Below, piece after piece: positions 41,001 through 48,414 of a stretch of 64,000 nucleotides of DNA. Origin of the DNA: a virus; IMG/VR virus record IMGVR_UViG_3300030060_004544, positions 6,179 through 70,178 of that record. One strand, 5' to 3'. Each line of letters begins with the position of its first letter. Positions within the stretch are counted from its first letter, which is position 1. The notes under the pieces were generated by a model, which did no database searches, had not been told where the DNA came from, and saw only the letters and a program-made list of their open reading frames with translations. Position numbers and translations under genes: made by a program.

Positions 41001-41993
41001 GATATTGCCAACATGGCAAGAGAAGGTGGTCCAAGAGGTGTTATAAGTAAATTACTAGAATTTGGATTTTTACCTACACAAATAGCTGATAGTTTTGCTA
41101 TTGCTTCAGGTGGTGCAAGTTTTTATAGAAACAGAATAAACAGATTAAAGAAACAGGGTCTAGATCAAAAAGCTGCAGAAGTACAAGCTATGAAAGATTT
41201 TAGAGAAATAGCTGAAGAGTCGCAGCAGTCTAGTAGACCTGATAGAATATCTGCTCAACAAGCTGGACCATTAGGTAGAATAATACTAGCATTTGGTAAC
41301 ACACCAATGCAGTATGCTAGATTAATAAAGAAAGCTGCTTCAGATCTTAAAAATAGAAGAGGTGATTGGAAAACTAATACTTCTAAAATAATTTATTATG
41401 CAGCTGTGCAGAACTTAATATTCAACGCGTTACAACAAGCTATATTTGCAATTGGTTTTGGTGATGTTGAAGAAGAAGATGAGTTAGAAAAATATCAAAG
41501 CATTGCAAATGGTATGGCTGATTCATTATTAAGAGGTGTTGGTATTGCTGGTGCATTTGTATCAGTAGGTAAAAACGCTATAATAAGAATAATTAACGAA
41601 TCAGAAAAACCTAATCCAAAGTATGAAAAAATAGGTTATGAACTAACTAGAATATCACCACCTATATCATCTAAATTGTCAAAGGTAAATCAAGCTGCTA
41701 GATCTTATCAGTGGAACAAAGAAGAGATGAAAGAAAAAGGTTTTTCTATTGATAACCCAGCGTTACTAGCAGGTGCAAATGTAATATCAGCAGCAACAAA
41801 TATACCGCTTGATAGATTAGTTAAGAAAACAAACAATGTTGTAAATGCTACATCAGATGATCTAGAAACATGGGAAAGACTTGCTTTATTAGGTGGTTGG
41901 CAAGACTGGGAAATAGGTTTAACTGATGATAAAGATAAAAAGAAAAAGAAAAAGAAAGCATCAACAACAGGAAAAAGAGAAAGAATTTTTTAA
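35097..41993 (+). CDS. Giant multidomain internal virion (polyvalent-type) protein with zincin and HAD domains
   Basis: 2298 aa; AAHELLHG...EE metallopeptidase motif near 36798; IFDFDDTLA / VLTAR / K / FTDD HAD motifs from 39501; helical C-terminal region. Confidence 0.75.
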   Translation: MWEFNGKKFTNEQLQLAADKANLSFDEFVSKLREKGLTEVKVDRIGVDTQEETGFFEEIFTSGKRFVSGGAGALARISQIPAQINRAKFVARMERLPDDNKLKEFYNNLEPEKQDEFLQKYEGIMAGRMPGNIPIAKLGESGLEASEKLKDYQQEINSKLPQYNRALSEAYIAAAKGDISAVPEVIARTITSSAEGLPSLIQAMIPYIGIPSVILGSSAEASTEAIEEGKKVDLDNLAYSSFVGVAEGALETVTRGIGKSIFANLKGQGAAVVERRLRDIFLRIGKDYGKEGLSEGTSAALSKAAKAVYIGDAEGFDEIFNSVFDDYEVLDNILIGGALGGKTRGGAELFIAKNNRSINKTLDNTNVNDVNSAFQNDNVNQDVIDITRNKNASARLDAELQQKLDNGEITVEQRDKVKKNFSDTQSAVTLADNLNIGKDLIQETVTLLKERNTLASKIELAGANKAIVDAEINRLKEVDARLAKISSDNQLNLTTEKVTDIVSGLDKINIEIAENQDAADKIAKDKNLEKKASSQQGFILQDLESGEQTIVINKEIAAEDAAVNVAAHELLHGVLFNTIGKNPEAAEVLSEALKVEINKIDTDILKDSDFKTRLDAYKNDPTAIQAEETLTLFADAVANGEIKYNETVFTKIGDIVRRILQQAGLSDIKFNTSRDVFNFIKDYNKSIVKGQLTQAQTKLTQEAATGDLISDTQTDQETQIRESKGALDVINNIIPSNIKTKEQFQNDPKVFGDAFAATEPNGVISNYVKSRSTSVEQANATIRNIQSRLMNFDPAFNKTFGEFVFANTNFAKLDANKELAIESARKARETRIDQSTKQIADTETETPTTQTRVSRKLNVLKLDKVNEADLVKAVKVKEGDTFKEVINNNTGEIGSKIFNIPANKITDGTKNLTYAKKITDGIPENSEAGNIQEFFRVGQNADKFIKLLPEENVSETDADINQLGENIDVDRNVSGLSIGMKGKVLNYFYNKTNRRSKGLTSQPTIWELKPEFRNPTVETINKLKDDLGITPPGELNNYNRDIGQLLKGVAKTYAQQASLSSAQRVLEGQTKTAKDPVAVKKQTANITAAQKTRVVYSKRNGKHDNYITKSWKDISTDNKQDWYVVKKDPERYANDIVKIAKIFEKKFGYGFLSKAMLTNKDGLGIGARKKKDADGNITNEAIIKENQKIFDQISAIITRELPNISKQSEGKKHVKQKITAQFAKDATKKEMEAANKQNMRLFKDMWSTIYDMVQSDKSLTPALLHFLKNAVSEGSHIQRLGAEYIGGYVDKSQISHLEHALQNANTAKMLMDAALNQSKKDFNKTFEATVKNYKIIGLPKALNNILDKTDFKNKMSLDQSWDVFNNNWWERYFNEVVAAVDGGINPDLIIKNDGTRLSDEINVDTYGRSTTPNVSKAKLKAKVDYPKVLKFSKSTPNKDKIRNDLNDFDQANRNAKDINAPKKGISIFDFDDTLATSKSKVLVTIDGKTTKITPAEFAKQHSKLEEQGATFDFSEFNKVVGGKPGPLAAKLKKAIDKFGNKDVFVLTARPQASAKAIYEFLKGIGLEVPIKNITGLENGTPKAKAKWVVSKAAKGYNDFYFTDDVYKNVKAVQDALEIYDVKSKTRVAYANRLTKLDRDFNDILEAKTGIGAEKVYSKAKAKAVGSSKGRFTFFIPPSAEDFVGLLYNTLAKGKLGDNQMAWYKKNLLDPYATAMGNISRERTSLMNDYKALKNQLEVVPKNLQKKIPGEPYTNEQAVRVYIWNKQGMTIPGLSKADLKLLTDHVESKPIYKAFGDQLIAINKDDGYSAPKSSWLAGTVTTDLMDNLGTTKRAKHLAEWQRNVNTIFSEKNLNKMEAAFGLAHRQALEGILERMRTGRNRSFQGDSLTGQVTDWLTNSIGTIMFFNTRSALLQTISSVNFINFKDNNIFAAGKAFANQKQYWKDFMSLMNSEFLVDRRRGLQINVNEADIANMAREGGPRGVISKLLEFGFLPTQIADSFAIASGGASFYRNRINRLKKQGLDQKAAEVQAMKDFREIAEESQQSSRPDRISAQQAGPLGRIILAFGNTPMQYARLIKKAASDLKNRRGDWKTNTSKIIYYAAVQNLIFNALQQAIFAIGFGDVEEEDELEKYQSIANGMADSLLRGVGIAGAFVSVGKNAIIRIINESEKPNPKYEKIGYELTRISPPISSKLSKVNQAARSYQWNKEEMKEKGFSIDNPALLAGANVISAATNIPLDRLVKKTNNVVNATSDDLETWERLALLGGWQDWEIGLTDDKDKKKKKKKASTTGKRERIF

Positions 41994-41999
41994 ATTATT

Positions 42000-42029
42000 A
42001 GCGAAAACAAGTGATTACTTAAACTATAA
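42000..42029 (+). promoter_or_regulatory. Candidate phage promoter motif AGCG-N6-AGTGATTAC
   Basis: Intergenic, ahead of the envelope/lysis cluster; weaker match. Confidence 0.35.
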
Positions 42030-42043
42030 CAACTTTACTACAG

Positions 42044-43237
42044 ATGAAACAAATTTTAACAATATTAGCATTATTAATAAGCTTTAATTCAATAGCTCAA
42101 GATCAAAAGAAAAACTTTTTTAAAGAGTTATATAAAGATTTTTTAAAGTACGGAACTTTTTATGCTGCCGGTAACATAGGTAACGCAAAAGAAGAACAAC
42201 CTAAATATTTCATACGTACAAATCCTGATGATTTCTACGCAATACCAGATGTTGTAGATCAAACAATATATCACCCATTTGATTATAGATATGGTGTAGG
42301 TATACGTAAATTAGCTAGATTTGGTTATGAAATTAAACCTGGTAATTTCTGGACTGGTAACAACAAAATAGAAAAACAAGTAGCTTTATCAGCGCCCACA
42401 TCAGCTGTACAAGGTCTAGAATACATGCTACATTGGGAAAAAGAACGAAGAAACGGTAACGAGTTTGATAATAAAAGATTATTTATAAGACATACTGGTG
42501 ATTATCATATAGCTAAGTTTGAAGCTAGAGAAGCTGGTAATGTTGGTTTTCAATATACATCTGGTGAATTAAGAGCCAGGTTACCTATTGGTAAGAAATT
42601 TAGTATATCTGCTGGCGCAATATATAGAACACATCAACGTCCTTACGGTTATAATCCTGTAGAAATATGGTTAAACGAAACTGACGAAGACGGAGGTATA
42701 GTAAACTATTGGTATACTTTAGGTTTTGACTATGGCTATGATGATTGGTATTACTCAGGCGATGATGAAACAGGTAACTTTGTTAGTGATTGGTACTGGA
42801 CTAATCCTGAAGGTCAGATCGTTGCTTGGACTGACGCACAGTTTAGAGATCTTGTAATGCCTGGTTTGTTAAACCGATATAATCAAGAAGCATGGGCTGG
42901 GCTTGATGCTTTTGCTGAGATCGCACCAATCGTCGGTTTTGACTTTTACCATTATAAAAATAACTTCTGGTTTCATGCGTTTGGCAGTTGGATATTACCT
43001 TATCACAAATATGTACAAGGTAACGAAGACTTTAGCTATTTACATAGAAACAGCTGGGGTAAAGGCGGTCATAATAATAATTTAGCTGGAGAGCAATGGA
43101 GCGATTACCAAGCCGGCATGGTATTTGGTGTTAAGATTAGTAAATCAATCGGTGTGTTTATCGAAGGTGAATATACTAAATTCTGGGACTCAGAAATATT
43201 TAACTCAAACTTTGGAATTAACTACACATTTAGATAA
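42044..43237 (+). CDS. Exported protein, probable outer-membrane beta-barrel
   Basis: Signal peptide MKQILTILALLISFNSIAQ; aromatic alternating strands; C-terminal FGINYTFR. Confidence 0.6.
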   Translation: MKQILTILALLISFNSIAQDQKKNFFKELYKDFLKYGTFYAAGNIGNAKEEQPKYFIRTNPDDFYAIPDVVDQTIYHPFDYRYGVGIRKLARFGYEIKPGNFWTGNNKIEKQVALSAPTSAVQGLEYMLHWEKERRNGNEFDNKRLFIRHTGDYHIAKFEAREAGNVGFQYTSGELRARLPIGKKFSISAGAIYRTHQRPYGYNPVEIWLNETDEDGGIVNYWYTLGFDYGYDDWYYSGDDETGNFVSDWYWTNPEGQIVAWTDAQFRDLVMPGLLNRYNQEAWAGLDAFAEIAPIVGFDFYHYKNNFWFHAFGSWILPYHKYVQGNEDFSYLHRNSWGKGGHNNNLAGEQWSDYQAGMVFGVKISKSIGVFIEGEYTKFWDSEIFNSNFGINYTFR

Positions 43238-43239
43238 TC

Positions 43240-43524
43240 ATGGCAAAACAAATTGGAGAAGAAACTAAAATAACATTAGATTTAAAAACATTAGGCACAA
43301 TAGCGGTAGGCATAGCAGCTATGGTTGGTATGTGGTTTGCTTTACAAGCTGACATAGCATTAGCAAAAGAACTACCTGAGCCAGTTATTGACAGAATAGA
43401 ATATGATTTAAAAGACGAGTTAATACGTCAAACAATAATGGATACTCAAGAAGATGTAGAGGCAATGAGAGATCAACTAGATAAGATCGATGAAAGATTA
43501 TATGAAATACAAAAAAATAAATAA
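43240..43524 (+). CDS. Single-TM coiled-coil membrane protein
   Basis: TM LGTIAVGIAAMVGMWFAL followed by a coiled coil. Confidence 0.65.
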   Translation: MAKQIGEETKITLDLKTLGTIAVGIAAMVGMWFALQADIALAKELPEPVIDRIEYDLKDELIRQTIMDTQEDVEAMRDQLDKIDERLYEIQKNK

Positions 43525-43934
43525 TGAAATACTTAACTTTATTCTTAATACCTTTTTTAACATTTAGTCAATCTGATGTACCTGAAGAGTATTGGATAGA
43601 TGATTCTAATTTTGAAGATAAAATAAACAGTCACAATGCTTTTGGTGATGATGAAACAAAACCTATTGTTGTAGAGTTTTGGGCTAAATTTAATGAAGCT
43701 AATTGCTTTGCTGAGTGGGAAACAATAGAAGATGCTGTCTATTATAGAGTTGACATATCAAAAGCTCCTGAAGCAAAAAAGAAATATAGGGTTCGTATGG
43801 CACCCACGTTAATAATATTTAAAGACGGTATAAAAGAAACTGTTTTTAAAGCTGGTTTAGATTTAATGCTACCAGCAGATTTAAACGATATTCAAGAAGC
43901 CATTGATGAAATTAATAATGCAAGTAAATTTTAA
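43524..43934 (+). CDS. Exported thioredoxin-fold protein lacking CxxC
   Basis: Signal peptide; PIVVEFWAKFN in place of WCxxC; YRVD...YRVRMAPTLIIFKDG. Confidence 0.7.
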   Translation: MKYLTLFLIPFLTFSQSDVPEEYWIDDSNFEDKINSHNAFGDDETKPIVVEFWAKFNEANCFAEWETIEDAVYYRVDISKAPEAKKKYRVRMAPTLIIFKDGIKETVFKAGLDLMLPADLNDIQEAIDEINNASKF

Positions 43935-44301
43935 AATATGTGTCCTTTTTGTCCTGTCTGCATTTGTAAGTAATGCACAATTATATAAAGAAAAAGATAA
44001 ACAACTACACTTTGCGGCTGGCAATATAGCTGGAGCTGCGGGTTATGCTTTTTCTTTTAACCAACATCAAGATAAAAAAAGAGCAATTATTACGGGTGTA
44101 TGCACTGCTTTTGCTGCTGGTGTTATGAAAGAATTTAGTGATGCTGCGCTTGGAGGTTATGTAGAGCTTGAAGATGTTTTAGCAACAACACTTGGTGGTA
44201 TAACTATAACTGCCACAATACCGTTATTTCAAAATAAAAAAAGAAGATACGGACCTAAAAAATATAGAAAACCTAAATCAAAACGAAAATGTGGAATTTA
44301 A
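43918..44301 (+). CDS. Membrane protein, YfiM/DUF2279-like
   Basis: DKQLHFAAG...KE..D...EDVLAT with hydrophobic helices; start uncertain (43903 or 43918). Confidence 0.55.
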   Translation: MQVNFKICVLFVLSAFVSNAQLYKEKDKQLHFAAGNIAGAAGYAFSFNQHQDKKRAIITGVCTAFAAGVMKEFSDAALGGYVELEDVLATTLGGITITATIPLFQNKKRRYGPKKYRKPKSKRKCGI

Positions 44302-44432
44302 CTAAAGAATATTGGAAAGACGTATGGACTTTACTGTGGAGTAAAACTACAGTAGATGATATTATAATAGCTAAAGCAGCTAAAATAAAAGCTAAAGCTA
44401 GAGCCGTCAAAAACGCAATTAAAAATGGATAA
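44289..44432 (+). CDS. Small Trp-rich/basic protein (47 aa, not in ORF track)
   Basis: MWNLTKEYWKDVWTLLWSKTTVDDIIIAKAAKIKAKARAVKNAIKNG; overlaps both neighbours. Confidence 0.6.
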   Translation: MWNLTKEYWKDVWTLLWSKTTVDDIIIAKAAKIKAKARAVKNAIKNG

Positions 44433-44886
44433 AATAAGTAAACATATAAGTTACAAAGAAGGTGTATACAGTATAACCGCTTTGAGACTTGGTTTAAAAA
44501 ACGATCCCTCTGATGCTCATTTACAAAACATGAAGCTATTAGCAGAAAAAGTATTTGAGCCTCTTAGAATGCACGTAGGAGGTCCTATAAAGATAAATTC
44601 GTTTTATCGTGGACCAGAACTTAACGCTGCGATAGGTGGATCAGCAAAATCACAGCATTGTCACGGGCAAGCAGTAGATATTGATGATACTTTTGGTCAC
44701 ATGAAAAACTGTGATATGTTTAAGTTTATTAGAGAAAACTTAGAGTTTGATCAAATGATATGGGAGTTTGGTGATGATAGTAATCCAGCTTGGGTGCATG
44801 TAAGCTATGTTAATCCTGGTGAAAACAGAAAAAGATGTTTAAAGGCATATCGTGAAAACGGTAAGACTAAATACATGGTAATATGA
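44425..44886 (+). CDS. Peptidase M15A-family endolysin
   Basis: INSFYR...NAAIGG...SQHCHGQAVD...WVHVS zinc-binding H/D/H motif. Confidence 0.85.
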   Translation: MDKISKHISYKEGVYSITALRLGLKNDPSDAHLQNMKLLAEKVFEPLRMHVGGPIKINSFYRGPELNAAIGGSAKSQHCHGQAVDIDDTFGHMKNCDMFKFIRENLEFDQMIWEFGDDSNPAWVHVSYVNPGENRKRCLKAYRENGKTKYMVI

Positions 44887-45320
44887 CAGATAAGCAAAGA
44901 GACTTAGGCAGAGTAATATCAATAACAATTTTACTAGCAATATTATTATTTGCTATGTTAGCTAGTTGTTCACCTTATTACTATCAAAGCAAAGGGCCTC
45001 AAGTAACTCATGTGTTAGCGTTAACTGAAGATGGTGATACTTTAAAAATACCTATCAAAGATATAAGACCTAATGTAATTTATAATGTAGTTGGTTATGA
45101 CTGGTATAGACCATACAGTGGTTATTATACTAGATGGGATAAACCATATTACCACCCAGCTTTGTACAACGTGCCTAAACCTACATCCAATGGTAATAGT
45201 AATTATAATAATAACAATAATAACAATACGCCAACTATTACGAGACCGCCGGATAGACCAGTAATAAATCCACCAAATCCACCAAATCCAGTAATTGTAA
45301 ATCCTAGAAAGAAAAATTAA
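44883..45320 (+). CDS. Lipoprotein with Asn/Pro-rich tail, spanin-like candidate
   Basis: Hydrophobic stretch ending in lipobox LASC; Pro-rich C-terminus; ATGA overlap with endolysin. Confidence 0.55.
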   Translation: MTDKQRDLGRVISITILLAILLFAMLASCSPYYYQSKGPQVTHVLALTEDGDTLKIPIKDIRPNVIYNVVGYDWYRPYSGYYTRWDKPYYHPALYNVPKPTSNGNSNYNNNNNNNTPTITRPPDRPVINPPNPPNPVIVNPRKKN

Positions 45321-45322
45321 TT

Positions 45323-45595
45323 ATGCCAGCTAAAAGAAAAAGAAAACCAGACGTAAGAAAAACTACTAAAGGTAAGAACAGAAACTTTAGAACTACTAAA
45401 GAAGGCGCTGGTATGACTAAAAAGGGTGTTGCAGCTTATAGACGTAAAAACCCTGGTAGTAAATTAAAAACAGCAGTAACAGGTAAAGTAAAACCTGGTA
45501 GTAAAGCTGCTAAACGTAGAAAATCATTTTGCGCTAGATCAAAGGGTTGGACCAGTGAAAGAGGTCGAGCTGCTAGACGTAGATGGAAATGTTAA
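45323..45595 (+). CDS. Small very basic phage protein
   Basis: GAGMTKKGVAAYRRKNPGSKLKTAV...KRRKSFCAR...RRWKC. Confidence 0.75.
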   Translation: MPAKRKRKPDVRKTTKGKNRNFRTTKEGAGMTKKGVAAYRRKNPGSKLKTAVTGKVKPGSKAAKRRKSFCARSKGWTSERGRAARRRWKC

Positions 45596-45599
45596 TATT

Positions 45600-45770
45600 A
45601 TGAAATCAAGAGGATTAGGAGATACAATACATAAATTCACTACTAAGACTGGTATTAAGTCTGCTGTAGATAGAGTGTCAAAAGGTTTAAACATACCATG
45701 TGGATGTGAAGGCAGGCGTAAAGCTATGAACACCTTATTTCCATATTCTTATGGTGGTAAAAAGAAATAA
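45600..45770 (+). CDS. Small basic protein with CGC motif
   Basis: MKSRGLGDTIHKFTTKTGIK...PCGCEGRRKAMN. Confidence 0.7.
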   Translation: MKSRGLGDTIHKFTTKTGIKSAVDRVSKGLNIPCGCEGRRKAMNTLFPYSYGGKKK

Positions 45771-45771
45771 T

Positions 45772-45999
45772 ATGTGGACATTATTTAAAGATAAAAACGA
45801 TATTAACGAAAAAAATATAGTGGGCTTTGCTTCATTTATAGTTATGGTATTATTTGCTGTAGCTGATTTGTTAACAAGCCTTATAGCAGATAAAGATCTT
45901 ATTATAAATGAGGTTGTTTACAATTCATTTGTATGGGTTACTTTAGGATGCTTTGGTATAAGTTCAATTGAAAAATTTAAAGGCAATGGGAAAAATTAG
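45772..45999 (+). CDS. Small two-TM membrane protein, holin-like
   Basis: Two hydrophobic helices and GISSIEKF basic tail. Confidence 0.6.
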   Translation: MWTLFKDKNDINEKNIVGFASFIVMVLFAVADLLTSLIADKDLIINEVVYNSFVWVTLGCFGISSIEKFKGNGKN

Positions 46000-46126
46000 T
46001 CCAGCTTGTAAAAGCGCAGCAAAAAGAAAATTTAAGGTATGGCCTAGTGCTTATGCTTCAGGATGGGGTGTAAGATGTACTAAAAAAGGTGGACCAGGTA
46101 AAATGGGTAAAGGTGGCAAAAAGTAA
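45986..46126 (+). CDS. Small basic protein (46 aa, not in ORF track)
   Basis: MGKISPACKSAAKRKFKVWPSAYASGWGVRCTKKGGPGKMGKGGKK. Confidence 0.7.
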   Translation: MGKISPACKSAAKRKFKVWPSAYASGWGVRCTKKGGPGKMGKGGKK

Positions 46127-46220
46127 AAAGAAAGGTAGATGCTGGCCAGGATATGCACCTGTAAAGGGTAAAAAGCCATTTTCACCAGGTAGTTGTAAAA
46201 AAATTAAAAAAAGAAAGTAA
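46113..46220 (+). CDS. Small basic CWxGY protein (35 aa, GTG start, not in ORF track)
   Basis: MAKSKKKGRCWPGYAPVKGKKPFSPGSCKKIKKRK; TAATG coupling to next ORF. Confidence 0.62.
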   Translation: MAKSKKKGRCWPGYAPVKGKKPFSPGSCKKIKKRK

Positions 46221-46615
46221 TGGGATTTAAGATGAAACCGTTTCATCAGTTACTAAGCTTGCATCCAAGCTCTAATAAACTAGATAATGTTATTAAACTT
46301 GTTGATATGCCTAGTAAAAAACACTGGGGTTATATTGATGAGAATAAAACTATATTTGTAAATAAAAATTTAAAACCTAAACAAATGCAAGAAACTATAA
46401 AGCATGAAAAAGGTCATAAATTACAAATGAGTTTGGCTGGTAACGATCACGAGCCACAATTACAGTTTAACAGTTTATATTATAAATGGAAATCTAATCC
46501 AGGAGGTAAATCATTAAAGATCGCTACTGATTATATAAATACAAAAAGTAGAGGTTTACCTTGGGAAAAAAATAACGCAGGAACAAATAAAAAATCAAAT
46601 AATGAAAAAGCATAA
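46220..46615 (+). CDS. Small HExxH metallopeptidase-like protein
   Basis: WGYI...TIFVNKNL...ETIKHEKGH...LPWE. Confidence 0.6.
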   Translation: MGFKMKPFHQLLSLHPSSNKLDNVIKLVDMPSKKHWGYIDENKTIFVNKNLKPKQMQETIKHEKGHKLQMSLAGNDHEPQLQFNSLYYKWKSNPGGKSLKIATDYINTKSRGLPWEKNNAGTNKKSNNEKA

Positions 46616-46724
46616 AATGTATTGTAAGGACGGATCTGTCCATGATGTAAGTAGTGTTAAAAAACACAAAGCACTTATGAAAAAAGGGTGCGGACACAAA
46701 CCTATTAAAAATGCCAAAAAGTAA
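46602..46724 (+). CDS. Small His/Cys/Lys-rich protein (40 aa, not in ORF track)
   Basis: MKKHKMYCKDGSVHDVSSVKKHKALMKKGCGHKPIKNAKK; bridges neighbouring ORFs. Confidence 0.6.
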   Translation: MKKHKMYCKDGSVHDVSSVKKHKALMKKGCGHKPIKNAKK

Positions 46725-46965
46725 AATAAAAGGCGGAGGGACTAAAAAAGTCTGTTTACCATACAATAAATATAAAAGTATGAGTAAAGCCGAAAAGCAA
46801 AAAGTTATACGTGCTAAACGTAAAGCTGCTGCTTCAGGTAAATATAAAAGATCTAGTAAATCTAATGTCAAAGGCGCTAGAAAAAAAGGCGCTACATTAA
46901 GAGACTGGTTTCAAAAAGAAAAATGGGTTAACATAGCCAACGGTAAACCGTGTGGAGCTAAGTAG
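46711..46965 (+). CDS. Small very basic protein
   Basis: VCLP..K...MSKAEK...RAKRKA and LRDWFQKEKWVNI..GKPCG; last + strand gene. Confidence 0.7.
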   Translation: MPKSKIKGGGTKKVCLPYNKYKSMSKAEKQKVIRAKRKAAASGKYKRSSKSNVKGARKKGATLRDWFQKEKWVNIANGKPCGAK

Positions 46966-47782
46966 CTTTTACCCTTTTCTTATAGTATTTAGTACGCTCA
47001 GGTGAACATATAACCATAGGCATATTCTTTGCCCAACCTGTGTACTTAATTTTCTTTTCATTTAAATCACTTAATATATGCCAAGTCAATTGACCAGTTC
47101 TTGCTAGCCAAGAAACAAATTGTTCTTCGAGATGATGTGAATGAGCGCTGTGAGGTCTAGCATATATTGGTAAATGCCAGCTATGTGGATCGTGAGCGCT
47201 TATCTCTTCTTTACCTGTTTTTTTATTGTGACCTACTCTTCTTGTTACTGTTGACTTAGCAAAAAAATCAAAACCTATTATTGAAAGACTTTTATAAGTC
47301 TTTATTTTTTCTATAAACCAAGCTATTGCTAAAAACCCAGTAGAAGGTCTTTGTTTTGATGTTAACACATCCATATCATAAACCTTCATAGTATCTATTA
47401 TTTCTTTGTCAGTATACATTTGTTTGTAACCATATTTTATCAACTCTTCGCATATGTGTTTTTCAATCACAAACTCTTTTACTTTAAAATTACCTCTTGA
47501 TCTATTTATTAATATAGTAGTTTTTTCAAACTTACCACCAGGTTTAAATTCTTCTATTTTCTTTTTAAAAGCATGAGATCTAAATTGTCCTGTTATCCAT
47601 ATATCACATTTAGAACCTAACGACTTTTCTTGCTCTTCAGTAGCCTCTAATGCTCTACCAAACTTAACAACTATATCATGGCTGTCTATAAAATCTTTAT
47701 TTTTATACGCCATCATCTCAACAGAGTTGCCTACAAAAATAACTGATTTATTTTTTACTAACTCTTTAATATATTTCTCCAT
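46958..47782 (-). CDS. GT29 (sialyltransferase)-like glycosyltransferase, probable CMP-Kdo donor
   Basis: Sialylmotif L-like SVIFVGNS...IDSHDIVVKFG...GSKCD, motif S-like RPSTGF...IIGFDFF, VS-like HSHHLE. Confidence 0.75.
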   Translation of the reverse strand: MEKYIKELVKNKSVIFVGNSVEMMAYKNKDFIDSHDIVVKFGRALEATEEQEKSLGSKCDIWITGQFRSHAFKKKIEEFKPGGKFEKTTILINRSRGNFKVKEFVIEKHICEELIKYGYKQMYTDKEIIDTMKVYDMDVLTSKQRPSTGFLAIAWFIEKIKTYKSLSIIGFDFFAKSTVTRRVGHNKKTGKEEISAHDPHSWHLPIYARPHSAHSHHLEEQFVSWLARTGQLTWHILSDLNEKKIKYTGWAKNMPMVICSPERTKYYKKRVKAT

Positions 47783-48414
47783 TCATCTGCAAATTCACAA
47801 TCTTTATACTCTTCAAACCAAGGTCCACCATTTGTAAAGTGTATACCTTTAGCTGGATTTTTCTTGGAGTAAGGTTGTTCACTTACTAAATGATTCCAAG
47901 TTTTATCTATTTCACTTATTTTATTACCAGCCCAAGCTAACTGGTGTAGATCTGCTGCACTAGCATTATCTAAATATTCTTTTGTTAAAATGTCTTTTAG
48001 TTTTTCATTGTTAAAAACCATTAATGAACTCCAGTTTTTTCTTGGATAAGACTTGTTAACAATACCGTTCATCTTTGTTTGTTGAATATCGTAGTACTTA
48101 TGTTTTACACAAGCTACTAAATCGTCTTCTTTTAAATAATCAAAAACCTTAGCAACATCATCTCTAAATATAAAATCATTATCACAAAACATAGATAGAC
48201 CTTTGTATTTAGACATAAGTGGTGTATAAAAACGTGTAAATGAAAACTCTGTTGATTCACCTTCTGTTTCTTTTCTACCGTATATATCTTTACTTATTAA
48301 CTTGTGTTTATATAAAGGAATTATCTTTATGTTTTTATTATGTTTTTTTATAGATTTATAACAGGCTTTAGTTGCCTCTGGGTATCGACTATCATGTCCT
48401 ATAAATACTCTCAT
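47758..48414 (-). CDS. GT-A fold (GT8-like) glycosyltransferase
   Basis: VFIGHD, STEFSFTRF, DxD in FCDNDF, YPRKNWSSLMVFN, WNHLV, HFTNGGPW. Confidence 0.8.
   Translation of the reverse strand: MRVFIGHDSRYPEATKACYKSIKKHNKNIKIIPLYKHKLISKDIYGRKETEGESTEFSFTRFYTPLMSKYKGLSMFCDNDFIFRDDVAKVFDYLKEDDLVACVKHKYYDIQQTKMNGIVNKSYPRKNWSSLMVFNNEKLKDILTKEYLDNASAADLHQLAWAGNKISEIDKTWNHLVSEQPYSKKNPAKGIHFTNGGPWFEEYKDCEFADEWRNILKS

Noticed and set aside
45195-45290. AAT/AAC microsatellite and AATCCACCA repeat as phase-variation sites
   Set aside because: In-frame multiples of three encoding poly-Asn and PPN linker; no frameshift potential
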